Source of the DNA: Isurus oxyrinchus
Taxonomy: Eukaryota
Assembly: GCA_026770705.1 (NCBI GenBank)
Contig: JANJGN010000011.1
Location: 71,982,001-72,046,000, forward strand
Length of the DNA stretch: 64,000 nucleotides
Reading direction: 5' to 3'
In this document: piece by piece, positions 35,932 to 48,529 of the stretch
Layout of the letters: the number at the start of each line of letters is the position of its first letter
Numbering within the stretch: the stretch's first letter is position 1
Notes under the pieces: model-generated
Seen by the model: the letters and a program-made list of their open reading frames with translations, nothing else
Database searches by the model: none
What the model was told of the DNA's origin: nothing
Position numbers and translations under genes: made by a program

Positions 35932-38845
35932 ATGGCAATCTGAAGAACAGCAGCTGCTGTGATCACCCTCTTAACAGTAACAGAAGCATGGGAGGTGCCT
36001 ACCGTGAACGTCAACAAAACCACCTGTCTGCATCCAGGACAATACGTGCAGCTACCTAAAGGAGGGAATGGAGGGTGGATAAGGAAACCAGGCAGTTGGA
36101 TTTCTGATGGAGTCACTACTAGCAGTCATTGTGTTATTCAAGTTGTGTTATCAGAAAGGGTGAATGGGACACAAATAACACTGCCTGGAACCGGGACCAT
36201 GTTCCGCCTACCAAATCCATGGTCCTCTTGCAATGGTACAGTGGCATCTAGGCTGTTCGAACCCATGGGGTTTGCCAGTGCCTCTTGCTAGCGGCACATC
36301 ACCAAATCCAACTGAACCTACACTATCAGTATGGTTAATGTGACTGATGTACAAAGTGTTTTTGGTCCAGGTTCTGGGCTGGGTATTTACTATTTAGCAT
36401 GTAAGGAAACTTGGAATAGTGGTATTAATATCTTAAAGGTGAAGACAACTATGAACATCATGGCCAGATGGACTAATCTGCCCCATTGTCTGGGAACCAG
36501 GATTAGAGGGACAATACTGTCAAGAACGGTGTTTGGATGTTATTAATCAGCTTGGTTGTAGCGATACACAGTGTTTGATTAGTCAACTTGCGGATATCAG
36601 AAACCCACTAAGCGCCAGCCCTCATGTCACCGACCCGGATAGGGTAGTCAAAATTGGGAAACCCAAAGTGGTATTACATGATGTCATGATGGTGACCTTA
36701 GAAGTGACCTACAATTTGACCGGGCTCATCCAAACTCTATTAGCAGTTTGTGGTGATCATTAGAATTGGCTAGTTGAGCAAGTGTCTGATACACGATTTC
36801 CACACCTGCATTACCCTGGGAAATCCAGGATATCCAGAGGAAGAGATGGAGTTTCTTGGGGGATGTGGGGGGTGGTGTTTGTTTGGAAGTGCCAATTCAG
36901 CCTTGAACTCACTGCAAATCTCCAATATAAATGATTATGTCTCTTGGGTAACCAAGGAGACCACAAGAGGGCTGCGGTTCACAGCATGGGGAACTGAATA
37001 CACACTTATGGCTGTTCAGGTCCTGGGAGAAGATATGATGGAGGGATTAAAACTTCTCTCCCAGGTCATCATGAATGTAACAGATTTGAAGTCTAAGGTG
37101 GGGTGGGGTGGGGGGAGGGGGCTGCATGTGACATGTTGGCTGCGGACTTGACAGATAACATTAGGTCAGATGTTGAAGATATAAGATTTGGTACTGCGCC
37201 TTGACACATATATCAGGGTGTGGAGAAATTAGACCTTATCAATTTACAGGAAGATGGCAGGAATTAGTAGTTACACAGCCTTTTAGAGGAGGTATGGGAG
37301 ACACAATAAAGTTTCTGGTAAGTATACCACAGGACATACTAATGGAACATACTGGGGGGAAATAAATTCAAATCCCTGGAAGTGGAAAAGAGTGCGTTGG
37401 TGTACCAGCTGGGATCCCGCAGACTGGGTGACTGCTTTGCGGAACATCTTCGGTCTGTCCGCAAGCATGACACAGACCTCCCTGTCGCTTGCCATTTCAA
37501 CACTCCATCCTGCTCTCACGCCCACATATCCATCCTTGGCTTGCTGCATTGTTCCAGTGAAGCTCAACACAAACTGGAGGAACAGCACCTCATCTTCCGA
37601 CTCGGTACTTTACAGCCTTCTGGACTGAATATTGTGTTCAACAATTTTAGATCATGAACTCTCTCCTCCATCTCCACCCCCTTTCCAACCCCCCCTTTTT
37701 TTCCCAAGAATTTATATAGATTTTTCTTTTCCCACCTATTTCCATTATTTTTAAATGTATTTCCATCCATTGTTTTATCTCTACCTTTTAGCCTATTTCT
37801 ATCCCTTCCCTTCACCCCACCCCACCCCCACTAGGGCTATCTGTACCTTGCTTGTCCTGCTTTCTACCCTTAATTAGCACATTCCTTAGATAATATCACC
37901 ACCTTCAACATCTCTTTGTCCTTTTGTCTACGACATCTTTTGGTTATCTCCACCTATCACTGGCCCTCTATCCAGCTCTACTTGCCCCACCCCTCCCTTA
38001 AACCAGCTTATATTTCACCTATTTTCTATTTTTACTTAGCTCTGTTGAAGAATCATACAGACTCGAAATATTAATTGTGTTCCTCTCTGCAAATGCTGCC
38101 AGACCTGCTGAGTTTTTCCAGGTATTTTTATTTTTTTTTAGGATCCTGGGATTATCTGGTTCTGGGCTCGAATAGCACCCTTTTAATGACAACACAAGAA
38201 TGTTGTACTGAATCGCAGCATTACATCTTACATCATTTGCTCCTCTAGTACCCTGAATCCATCAGCCATTGTGGTGTCAGTTAACTCTCTTGAAAAGGCC
38301 TGTAAGGTAATCCAAACCTCCCCTGCACAGTGGTGCTTTTTGATGGGCAGGACAAAATTCAAATGTGGAGGATTAGAATACAACAATAACCATACCTCCT
38401 GCTTACAGCTCACTGACTCCTTTATGGTGGAGGACTTTCATCTAGTGGGTAGGGTCCTCACTGGTTATGTATTCAGTCCATGGTGGGACAGTACATTAAA
38501 TATCGATGACACCCCGGGCCAGATAGCTTGGGTAGTGGCGGAAAGGGCCCTAACCACTACCAGGAGGTTTATGGAACAAAACCATCGAGCAATTATGAGG
38601 GGCAGGTAAACCTAGCCACAGGAGAGGCTGGGAAACTGGAAGACTCAGCTAGAAATCAAGTCAAAGTGGCAAGAATGCAGTTTAACTGGTGGGTAGTAAG
38701 GAGGATGGCAGCGGTTGTTGTGTCTATTGAGGTCCTGCTAGTTAGTCTCTGTATTTGCTGTTACCAGAGACTGATGGTATCCCAAGCAATACAGATGGTA
38801 ATGTTGGCTAATAAAGGATATAACCCCAGTATCCACCACAACTGA
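35932..38845 (+). pseudogene. env: Disrupted env-like class I fusion glycoprotein gene (F-type features)
   Basis: Acceptor TTTTGTTTCAG at 35908-35918. Signal-like MAI*RTAAAVITLLTVTEA|W. Several N-x-S/T sequons. QRKR|WSFLGDVGGG at 36835-36870, then LFGSANSALNSLQI, a Cys cluster, and C-terminal TM AAVVVSIEVLLVSLCICCY. Multiple stops and frameshifts plus a Penelope insertion. Confidence 0.8.
37418..38140 (+). mobile_element. 5'-truncated Penelope-like element inserted in env
   Basis: RRLGDCFAEHLRSVRKHD...LEEQHLIFRLGTLQPSGLNI plus a 3' region like 27674-28240. TSD GGATCC at 37412-37417 and 38141-38146. Confidence 0.92.
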
Positions 38846-39071
38846 AGTTCCCCTCCCAAGAAGCTTGGGAACATTTATGAAGATTTTGCTATCAAATGAA
38901 ATGATCGTTCCAGACCTAGCTTAGGGCTTTAGGACTTAGGCAAAGCCGTAAGAGAACAGTAGGGTAGCAGGCCCGAAGCCCAATGGACTCTAGAATATCC
39001 CTAGAGCCACTGGTAGGTGGAAGGTCTTGGGAATATCCTGCCTGGGCCAGGTAGTGCCTGACCAGAGGTCC

Positions 39072-39082
39072 AAAAGGAGGGA
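39072..39082 (+). promoter_or_regulatory. Polypurine tract
   Basis: AAAAGGAGGGA one base upstream of the 3' LTR TG. Confidence 0.8.
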
Positions 39083-39083
39083 T

Positions 39084-39576
39084 TGAAGTGGGATAACTGA
39101 AATTATTTCATATTCAGATTGATATTAAAATGTGCATTAATAAGTTTTAGAAATTAACAGCAATAGACTAAACAAATTTAGTGAGATCTCTTTCTAGGCA
39201 TGATGGGACATTTAGACAAAACTATAGGCACAATGGGATATGTAGCTAGTACGGTGGGTACCTAGCTTAATGGCCTTCACCGAATGGGTAAACAAATGTT
39301 AGGGCAATAAGAGCACAGACAGGGAGGCGTTAGACCCAGACATTAACAGCCTCCCAGTGAGAGAATAGAGAAGACCTGCAGCCTAAACAATCATTAGGTT
39401 TTGTGATGTAGGTAACTGAAGGTTGTAATAAAAACTATAAATATGTTACACAGCCTTGGTATCAGAGAGAGATGCCCTGTAGAATCAGGCTGTGTTTGTC
39501 CCAGCATATGCTTGTAATAAACTCCTTGCTTACTTGAAGCTCACAGGCTTGAGAGTGTTTTTTTTTAACCACAACA
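39084..39576 (+). repeat. 3' LTR
   Basis: TGAAGTGGGATAA...TAACCACAACA. TATAAATA at 39436-39443 and AATAAA at 39516-39521. Confidence 0.92.
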
Positions 39577-42500
39577 CTTCCCATGGAGTATCTTTTGTTC
39601 TCGTTGAAGTTATTGGTGCAGCACTGCTCATGGAGGTTTCCTCACTATTGAGTCCCGTGACCAGCATTTTAACAGATAAACATTCACCATGGTCTGGTGC
39701 TTGACTGTCTCACTCCGGCACAATGTTCAACATCAGCATCAAAACATAAAACTTTCCTCAATTTAAAGTGTAACTGCAGGCCCCCAGAGCAATAGAAAAC
39801 ACCTAGGATAGAATTGGATTTGCAGACAGAGAGGGCCATAAAATTCCCTGGGTGGCCTTTTTGCCACCCTCCTGCCTGTATCTGACCTGTCCGCAATTTT
39901 ACAGGTCACTTAGTGGTGTCTTCCAGCCCTGGCTGCACTTTTGAGGCCTGTGGGCAGAGTTCAGGGACGGGGCAGGGGAAGCTCAGCAGGTTATCTTGAT
40001 TGGGTCTTGGGTGGGCCTCCCTTACTGGCTCCCTTTTGAAATCTGATTGGCTGGCAGCTCTCTGAGGCAGGACTTCTGCCCAAGTTAGGTGTGAAAAGCC
40101 TGCCTCCAGTCAATTAACCCTCCTTGGAGTATTAAATGGCCCCAGGACAGGGATGCATTCTTCGCCGAATTCTCTAGTAATGAAAATGTGAAAAGTGGCC
40201 AACAGAAAAATTCTGCCCCTAATCACAAACAACACAGTTGGCTCAGAAGTTTTATTGAATTGTTTAAATTGTATAAATCACTCAAATCACACATTTCTGA
40301 GTTGTAAATAGTCTGTTTTCCTAAGTATTTTAGACTGCTGGAGCAAGCTGAAAATTGCAATCTAGTGATGCATTTCTCACACAGAAAGGCTTTTCTACAA
40401 GGGTTAGAACTCCCTTGGATTTTTCTATATGCTGTGGTGCATTCTTTGTACTTTTCACTCCAAGATGGTGAAAACTATAATTCCATGATGCATCTTTTTC
40501 ATACAGCAAAATTTTGTCAACAGCGTCAGAAAACACTAGAACATAGGCAAATTGAAATTTCTAATTCAAGCCACAGACTATAGGCTGAAGGACAGGCCTA
40601 TGTTGGTAAACTTCTTACAGAAATTTATAACTTTAAACTCACCCATAAAATTTGGTTATTTTGAGTTTTGAAAAATTGTGTAAAGCTTTATCTATTGTGT
40701 TATGTTGTACATGTTAGGAAAGTATTTCATGGTCCTATTGACTCCACAGAAATGCAGCAGGCTGGGACTTCTAGTTGTTCAATCACCCAGAACTCCATCC
40801 CACAAACACCATTTAATAGGGCATCACAGAAATGCCCACTGCGTCTGTGAGAATGCTGTTCAAAGAAGGGAAAGCTAAGGCCTGCATTGACTAGAAAAAA
40901 TAAGCAAACTTTTTAGCATCTAATTCGGAAGCAGAAGAACCACATAGCGAGGGCTAATTAATCCTTTTGGGTTTGAGTGCCTTTTGCTCTTGTATCTTCC
41001 GGCTCTATTTTAGGCCAAGAATGTGACCTATGCCTACAGTCAGCGGATTTAGGTCTCACTGGCACTAATGGGCAATTTGGGCATGACTCCTGGGAAATGC
41101 AGGTCAAGCTAGTATTGCCCACAAATTGTAGACGCAGAAAAATTGAGTGCCTGTTCGCTCTGAAATGCAATTAGCTGAACTTCTAGGAGGAAAACCAGTG
41201 GATGCACATTCTGCCTCAAATTATACTCCTGTCAGAGATAAGGTGGAATTGATCAGCTCCCACACTTTGTGCAATTTCTGGGCTGTTATTTAAAACTGTG
41301 TACACTCAATGCTAAAGAAATAAAATAGAAGATGAACATATTGAGGGAATTATTTTGCTATTATTTAACATTCAATCAATTAGTAAATAAATAAGTGCCT
41401 TTTAAAGAAATCACTGATTTTGAGAAGGATGATAATGAAAAGAGGATAACATGAAGAGAAGGAGTAAGTAAAGGTCAACTCAACCCATGAGTTCTTGCAC
41501 TGTGTTCATCTGCCACAACTTCTTTGATCCCGCATGGTGCGCCACCTGCTTTTTCACACACATGGCAGCTCAGAGTCTTTCATCCAGGAGAAACGAGCAA
41601 GTAGAACTGAGTACTTCACAGAGCTGAAGGAGTGGGGAGTGGGTGAGAATATGCCACTATCCCAGCAGAGGCCAATAAAAATCATGTCTATGCTTCTGCA
41701 GTTGGACCCAGAGACATGTTATTTAGGAAAGGGAGGATGTTTGAGAAACATTATGCCCACCTGCAAGGCCCTGAGGACAACATTTGAGATGTGCGGCAAC
41801 TGACAGGTGCAAGAGAAAATACTGCGTTAGGTTGGTTTGTGTTCACTTTGGAGACTGTTCTATTAAGGTGAATATGCACTGAAGACCTGCTTTGTTATTC
41901 ATGGAGATTACAGAAAAAAGGGTGCTGCTGTTCCATCTGATTTATTTAATCAGGTGGTTATTATTGATGTGGACCTGTAGGGGAAAAGAGACCTGATGTA
42001 TCCTAATGCTGTAGAATGGGTACAGGATTAAGGGTTAGTTCTTTATTTAAAGGGGGAGAAGGAGTTATGACACTCATGGCTAAGGTCGGCTGTGTCAAAT
42101 TGGTTGTGTCTGATGCCTCTTGCAGCAGTCACTGAGGAGTCCACTGAGTTACTAATGATCTATTCCATTTACTTATGTCCCTAAAGCTGCTGAGCCACCT
42201 TTCTGGATCATGAACTTAAGCAGTAAAAGTAGATTTACCTGTTCTTGTATATATCTTGAGTTTTGGGTCTGGAGTTTCCCACAGGCTTCGGGAACCCAGT
42301 GTCAGGATCAAATGGGGGTCTTGAGCCCAGACCTGCCAGCAACAAGTCCAAGGATGCAACCTTGCAGGAAGTGACCTCCTAATTGCACCTCCATGCACAT
42401 CATCTTATTAAGGGCAGTGAGCAGGTTCCTGATGCTGCAGGTCCAATCAGAGGGCTGGTAGCTCTGGAGCCTCAACAGCCCAACCAGGAGAGATGGGCAT

Positions 42501-43486
42501 GGAGGTGCCCTTGCTGGTCAACACAGAAGGGCTGCAAAAGAAAACTCCCAAAGCTGATAGGGATTTGGAGTGGAGGGGAAATCCTTCCATAGGATAGGAC
42601 TCAGCTGCTTTTGTATGATGTTGTATGTGCCTGCGTGCCATTGTAATGTAAAGGTGCTCAGCAAGGCAAGGCTTAATGTGGGACTGGAGAATAGCACCGC
42701 CCATGGTATGATGCATTGAGTCACATGGTAATAGATCGAGAAAGCAGTCTAGAAAGAACACTCTGGGACCAGCCTGCATGGCGGTAACAGCACCATGCAT
42801 GACAGTAGCCTGGGATCTGTAAATAGTTGAAGGCTAACAATAAATGGTTCATGTTGAAATGTACAAGTCTCAATATCTCATCATTGAGACATCTAAAGAA
42901 CCCATATTACAACAACTGCGTCTGTGGCCTTTCATCCTCATGTCTCCGTAACTGGGGCATGGATCCTCCCTCTCTGATGACTCCCAGGCCTGCCTCAGGT
43001 TGGCCACTTCCAATGAGCTGGCGGTCTCCACAACTGGTGGGGGCCACTCTGCCAGTGGGGAAGTTCTGACCACACCACTAATCGAGCCTTACCACCTTAA
43101 TTGGCTGCTGCCTCCATGAAACAGGCAGCCTATTCTGTTACCAGCTTGACCATGGGAAATTTCCCTGGCAGCGGGAATGCATTGGTGAGCCATCCTGACA
43201 CGACACCACGCTATTTTTCCGGTCTCCAGACTCCAACCCAGTCTCCGTAGAGTCAGGAAAATACAACCCTCTGTCTATACCCATCTGTTGACTCCTACCC
43301 TGCAATCTGTGTTATCTAGAATCTTGTTTACTTCCTGGATTACCTATCTATCTAGTTTAAACAGTTTTCAATTGTGGCCTCAATGCTCCTCACAAATCTT
43401 TCCAGTTCTATTTTGTTTAAGTGCTGTCCGTCTCTTCCATGTTCATTCATTTTGTTCTGAAAGTATTTCCATGTTACCAATCTAAG

Positions 43487-45133
43487 TTTTTTGTTATTCA
43501 TTCATGGAATGTGGCTGTCGCTGGCTAGGTCAGCATTTATTGCCCATCCCTTATTGCCCTTGAGAAGGCAGTGGTAGGCCGCTTTCATGAACTGCTACAA
43601 GTCTGTGTGGTGAAAGAACTTCCATAGTGCTTTAAGGGAGTTCCAGGATTTTGATCCAGCAACAGTGAAAGAAGGGTGATTTTTTTCAAAGTCAGGATGG
43701 AGTGACTGGAAGGTGAACTTACAAACTTCAAATGTTCCCATGTGTCTGCTCCCCTTGTCTTCTCATTGGTAGGGGCTGTGGTTTGGGAGTTGCTGTCAAA
43801 GGCAGACTTGGCAAGTTGCTGCAGTGCATCATGTAGATGGTATACACTCCCACCAGCTCACCAGTGGTAGAGTGAGTGAATAATTAAGGTGGTGGACTGG
43901 GTGCCAATAAAGCAGGTTGCTTTGCCTTGAATGTTGTGGCAGTTTCTGCCTATTGTTAGAACTACAACCATCCAGATAAGTGGAGAGTATTCCATCACCT
44001 GTGATTTGTGCTATGTTAGATGCTGGAGAGGCTTTAGGGAGTCAGGAGGTAAGTCACAGAATTCCCAGCTTCTGACCTGCTCCTGAAGCCACAATACTTA
44101 TATGGTTGGTCCTATTCCATTTCTTGTCAATGTTGACCCCAGGATGTTGGTGGTGAGGGATTCAATGATCATTATGCCATTGAATGTCAAGGGGAGATGG
44201 TTAGACCCTTCCTTACGAGGATGGTTATTGCCTGGCAACTGTGGCACCAATGTTACTTGCCATTTATCAGCCCAAGCCTGAATGTTGTCCAGGTTTTGCT
44301 GCATGCAGACAAGGACAGCTTCAGTACCTAAGGAGTTGTGATTGGATCTGAATACTATGCAATCATCAGTGAACATTCCCAGTTCCGACGTTATTAATGG
44401 AGGGAAAGTCATTGATGAAGCAGGTGAAAATAGCTGCAACTATGACACTACCCTGAGGAACTCCTGCAGTGATGTCTTGCGGTTGAGATGATTGGTCGCT
44501 AACAGCCGCTACCATCTTCCTTTATGCTAGATATGACTCCAAACAGTGGAGAGTTTCCCCCCTGATTCCCATTGACTCCAGTTTTGCTAAGGCTCCTTGA
44601 TGCCACACTTGATCATGGAATATTTCCCACTTGCCAGGATGAGTGCAGTTCCAACAACACTCAAGAAGCTCAATACATTCAGGACAAAGTAGCCCGCTTG
44701 ATTGTCACCCCATCCACCACTTTCAACATTCACTTCCTCCACCACCCACACGCAGTGGCAGCAGTGTGTACCATTTACAAGATGGAGTGCGGCAACTCAC
44801 CAAGGCTCCTTTGACAGCACCTTCCAAACTCGGGATCTCCACTACGCCTAAGGACAAGGGTAGCAGACACTTGGGAACACCATTACCTAAAAATTCCCTT
44901 CATAAGTCACACAAAATCTTGACCTAGGGCTATAGTGCCGTTCCTTCACTGTCACTGGATGAAAATCCTGAAACTCCCTTCGTAACAGCACTGTGCGTGT
45001 ACCTACACCACCCCTGGACTGCAGCGGTTAAAGAAGGCAGCTCACCATCACTTTCTCAAGGGTAATTAGGGATGAGCAACAAATGCTGGCATAACCAGCA
45101 ACGCCCACATCCCATGAAAGAACATAAAAAAAT
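43487..45133. mobile_element. Two oppositely oriented 3' fragments of the tRNA-headed LINE: minus 43487-~44610, plus ~44612-45133
   Basis: Both outer ends are LINE 3' tails (CATCCCATGAA...A-rich). Minus part includes GMFTDDCIVF...QQNLDNIQAWADKWQVT. Confidence 0.8.
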
Positions 45134-46789
45134 AATTGGAACAGTGACTGCGCTTTAGAAGTAATTGTCTGTGAAGCATTTTGAGATGGCTTGAGGGTCT
45201 GAAAGGCAGTATAAAAATGCTAGTTCTTTCTCTCCATTAGTAGTTGATCCCCTATGACATTGCTTATGGATTTAAAATGGATTCATCTCTTTTACCTCCC
45301 TCTCCTGTGGCTGTGGTTGAAGAGATTATACAACCTTAGAAATCTATCATAGTTTCATACAGATTTTAATAATAGATATACTGTAATAAAACTCTTACAT
45401 TATATAGTTGTGGAAGGAGTGGTATTGGTAGATCAAATTGCTTTTTTGCATTTCATGTTTCTTTGTGTTGTTAGAACATCAAATTAAAGCCTAATTTGCT
45501 TAATAGCAACTGCTTTCAAATAGTTGCTATATGCTAATTGAAAATAGTGCCAATGTTAATTATCCACCTGTAATAAAAAGAGAAAACGCTGGAAATACTC
45601 ATAAGTCGGGCAGCATTTGTGGAGGGAGAAATAGAGTTAACGTTTCAGACCAATGACCTTCTGCCAGAGCCTTCCAGCATTCGAATGGCTTAATTTGAGA
45701 ATGCTGTTGTCACAGTGAAGGGCAGGAACTGGGTGTTTGGAAAATTGTTGAAGGAGCGCAGCTTGTATTTCATGGTCATGGAAGTTCCATTGACTGTATA
45801 CAACTGGTAAATGAGGAGTACATGATTTCTGGAGCCAGATTTTGTTTTTTTAATTATCCACCTATTAGGTCACAAAAACAGGTTCCACCTGCCTTTGAAT
45901 GAAAAACATGACCCAGTTTGTAATGAATGGCAAATAACCTCAAGGGTGTTTTTTTCACCTTTACACCATGAATGCACATCAAGAATGAGCAAGTTATTAT
46001 TCAAGCTAAGCAAGCAGCAACTGGAATTAAAATTTCAGTTCAATTTACTGCACATAGGAAAAATACAAAATATAAGGCCATATAATTGTAAATTTTATTT
46101 TCTAAAAAGACTATGCTCTGACCTTTCTTGTAGAAAATGTGATATATCATGAAAAATAAAACATTTTTATCATTTACACACTGGGCAAGGAAGAGTTCCC
46201 CAAATAACTCCAGATTTGCGTTTATTGTGGTATTGACCTAAATCAGTGCTGATTGGGCAGTTTCTGCCAACAACATGATGTATTAATCAGGTTTATTGAA
46301 CAAAGAAGCAGATTGCTCTTAGAGGACCTTTCTGTAAGGAGACCGCTAGCACTCTCATTATCTGTTAGCTTGCCCATCAGACATGACAGTGGATATGGAA
46401 GGAAGACTATTTCGGTTTATATAATGACTAACATGATGAATACAGATATTAAGATTTTGAAAGATGCTGCTTCAAATATTAACAATTTAAGGGGAAGGCT
46501 GTCAGACTGTAGAATCAGAGTGAAGGAGTATTGTATAAGGTTCATCCTTTCAGTCAGATGACTAAAATGTGTAAAAGTGAGTAATTTATTTTCTCCACTG
46601 ATAAACAGGATGAATCCCTGTGTAGAAGTAACAAAAGAACTTTCCATGCCGGAAAACTAGGAGAAACACACAACAGCATCCCAGAAGATAACTGCTTCAC
46701 AAAAGCTGACAACTCAAAATCAAACCTGAATATAGAACAATGACATATAAGGAACAATTTTGTAATCTGGGGGTCATAGCAAGGTTAAT

Positions 46790-47880
46790 GGAATTTTAGC
46801 CTTTTTAGCTAGAGGACTAGAATACAAGGACTAGAAGCTATGCTTTAGCTATACAAAGCCCTGGTTAGACAACACCTACAGTACTGTGAGTAGTTCTGGG
46901 CACCACACCTTAGGAAGGATATTGGCCTTGAAGCAAGTACAGCACAGATTTACTAGAATGCTACCTGGACTCCACAGCTTAATCTACAAGGAGAGATTGA
47001 TCCAACTACAGTTGTATTTCCTAGAATTTAGAAGGCACGGGGCTTATTTGATCGAAGTTTTCAAGATATTAAGGGGAACTGACAGGGTAGATTGACAGAG
47101 ACTATTTCTGCTAGTTGGGGCATGAAGGGCAGTCATTATGGAAAAATTGGAGCCAAAACCTGCGCAGAATGAAAGTAGGAAACATTTCTTCAAGCATAGG
47201 GTGATAGAAATTTTGGAACTCTCCTCCACAAATAACAATTGATGAAAGATGAATTGTTCATTATAAAACTGAGATCGATAGATTCTTGTTAACCAAAGTT
47301 ATTCAGGGATATTGGGCAAAGGTAGTCTAGGTCACAGAGCAGCCAAGATCTCATTGAATGGCAGAACAGGCTCAAGGGGTTAAATGGCCTCCCCTGTCCC
47401 TGTTTCACACTATACAAAGCTATGGTTAGACTGCATTTGGAGTAATGTTTACAGTTCTGGGCACTATACCTCAGCAAGGATTTATTGACACTGGAGAGAG
47501 TGCAGTACAGATTCACTAGAATGCTACCAGGGCTCCAAAGCTTAAATTATGAGGCAAGATGACATAAACAAGACTTGTAATCCCTGGGATGTAGAAAGTT
47601 AAGGGGACATTTAATTGGAATTTTTAGGATTTTGAAAGGAATTGATAGGGTAAGGAGATAGAGCTTTTTAAGCTGGTGGGTAGTTTAGGACATGAGGACA
47701 CAACCTTAAAATCAGAGGTAGGCTATTCAAGAGAGAAGCAAGGAAACACCTCTTCATGCAAAGTGTGGGAGAAATGGAGAACTTTCTCCTACAAAAAACT
47801 GCAAATGCTAGGTCAAGTAATAATTTTAAAACAGATTGATAGATTTTTGGTATTAAAGAATATGGAGCTTTAGCATATGG
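46790..47880 (+). mobile_element. Two tandem CR1 3' fragments
   Basis: YKALVR...ALKQVQHRFTRMLPGL...LIEVFKILRG, repeated from ~47410 (YKAMVRLHLE...FWALY...RVQYRFTRMLPGL). Confidence 0.8.
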
Positions 47881-48529
47881 ATGGATTTGAGATGGAATCT
47901 TCTGGTCCCACCAGCAGTGGGAAGCTTAGAGGGTGGGGGAACTTAACTTGGGGTGAGGCAAAAAAATCAGTTTCCCAACAGCAGATGAATTTTGGCGATT
48001 ATGTTCTCGGGACTTTAAAGGCGGGCTGAGCTTCCCGACAAACAATGTTGGGAAACCCTTTTGCATACATTATCATATCATGCATGTTTATTAAAAGACC
48101 AACTCACTGGAATTAAGTTTCCCATCAGCGAGAAATTGTAAGTTTCTGCCACATTGTACTATTTAGGGAGCATCTGTAAATGTCAGCCTATGCTTGAGAC
48201 AGGGTGGTAGCAGTGCATGTTGTGTGGAGGATGACCAAGGAAGGAAGGAAAGGATAGTGGGGAAGGGTGGAGCAGTGGCCAGGCAAAGACAGAAGGGATA
48301 ATGAAGGCTCTCCAGGTGCCCTTTAAATATAGTGCCCAGACCTTCAACCCCATGGGGTAACGGCGGGGACAGCAACTTCCTGCCTGCCTCTGTTGCGAGA
48401 ATCGGCGAGCTCCTTGCAGATGTATATTTAATAAGCTGAACAGTGCAAGATTGCGCGTGGTGAGCCATCCTGCCCTCCAGCATAAACCACTTCCATTTCT
48501 GCGCTTGCCATCAAATGTAGACTCCAGAA

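Larger units (their letters stand above)
34135..39576 (+). mobile_element. Endogenous retrovirus-like LTR element, env-only (no recognisable pol)
   Basis: Two homologous TG...CA LTRs, PBS, PPT, flanks CCTC/CTTC (possible 4-bp TSD with one mismatch), and an internal disrupted glycoprotein gene. Confidence 0.9.

Noticed and set aside
41530-43270. Additional degenerate Harbinger transposase
   Set aside because: Only vague motif echoes; too decayed to support a call by eye.
46253-46561. 102-aa ORF as a host exon
   Set aside because: No convincing splice sites or recognisable motif.
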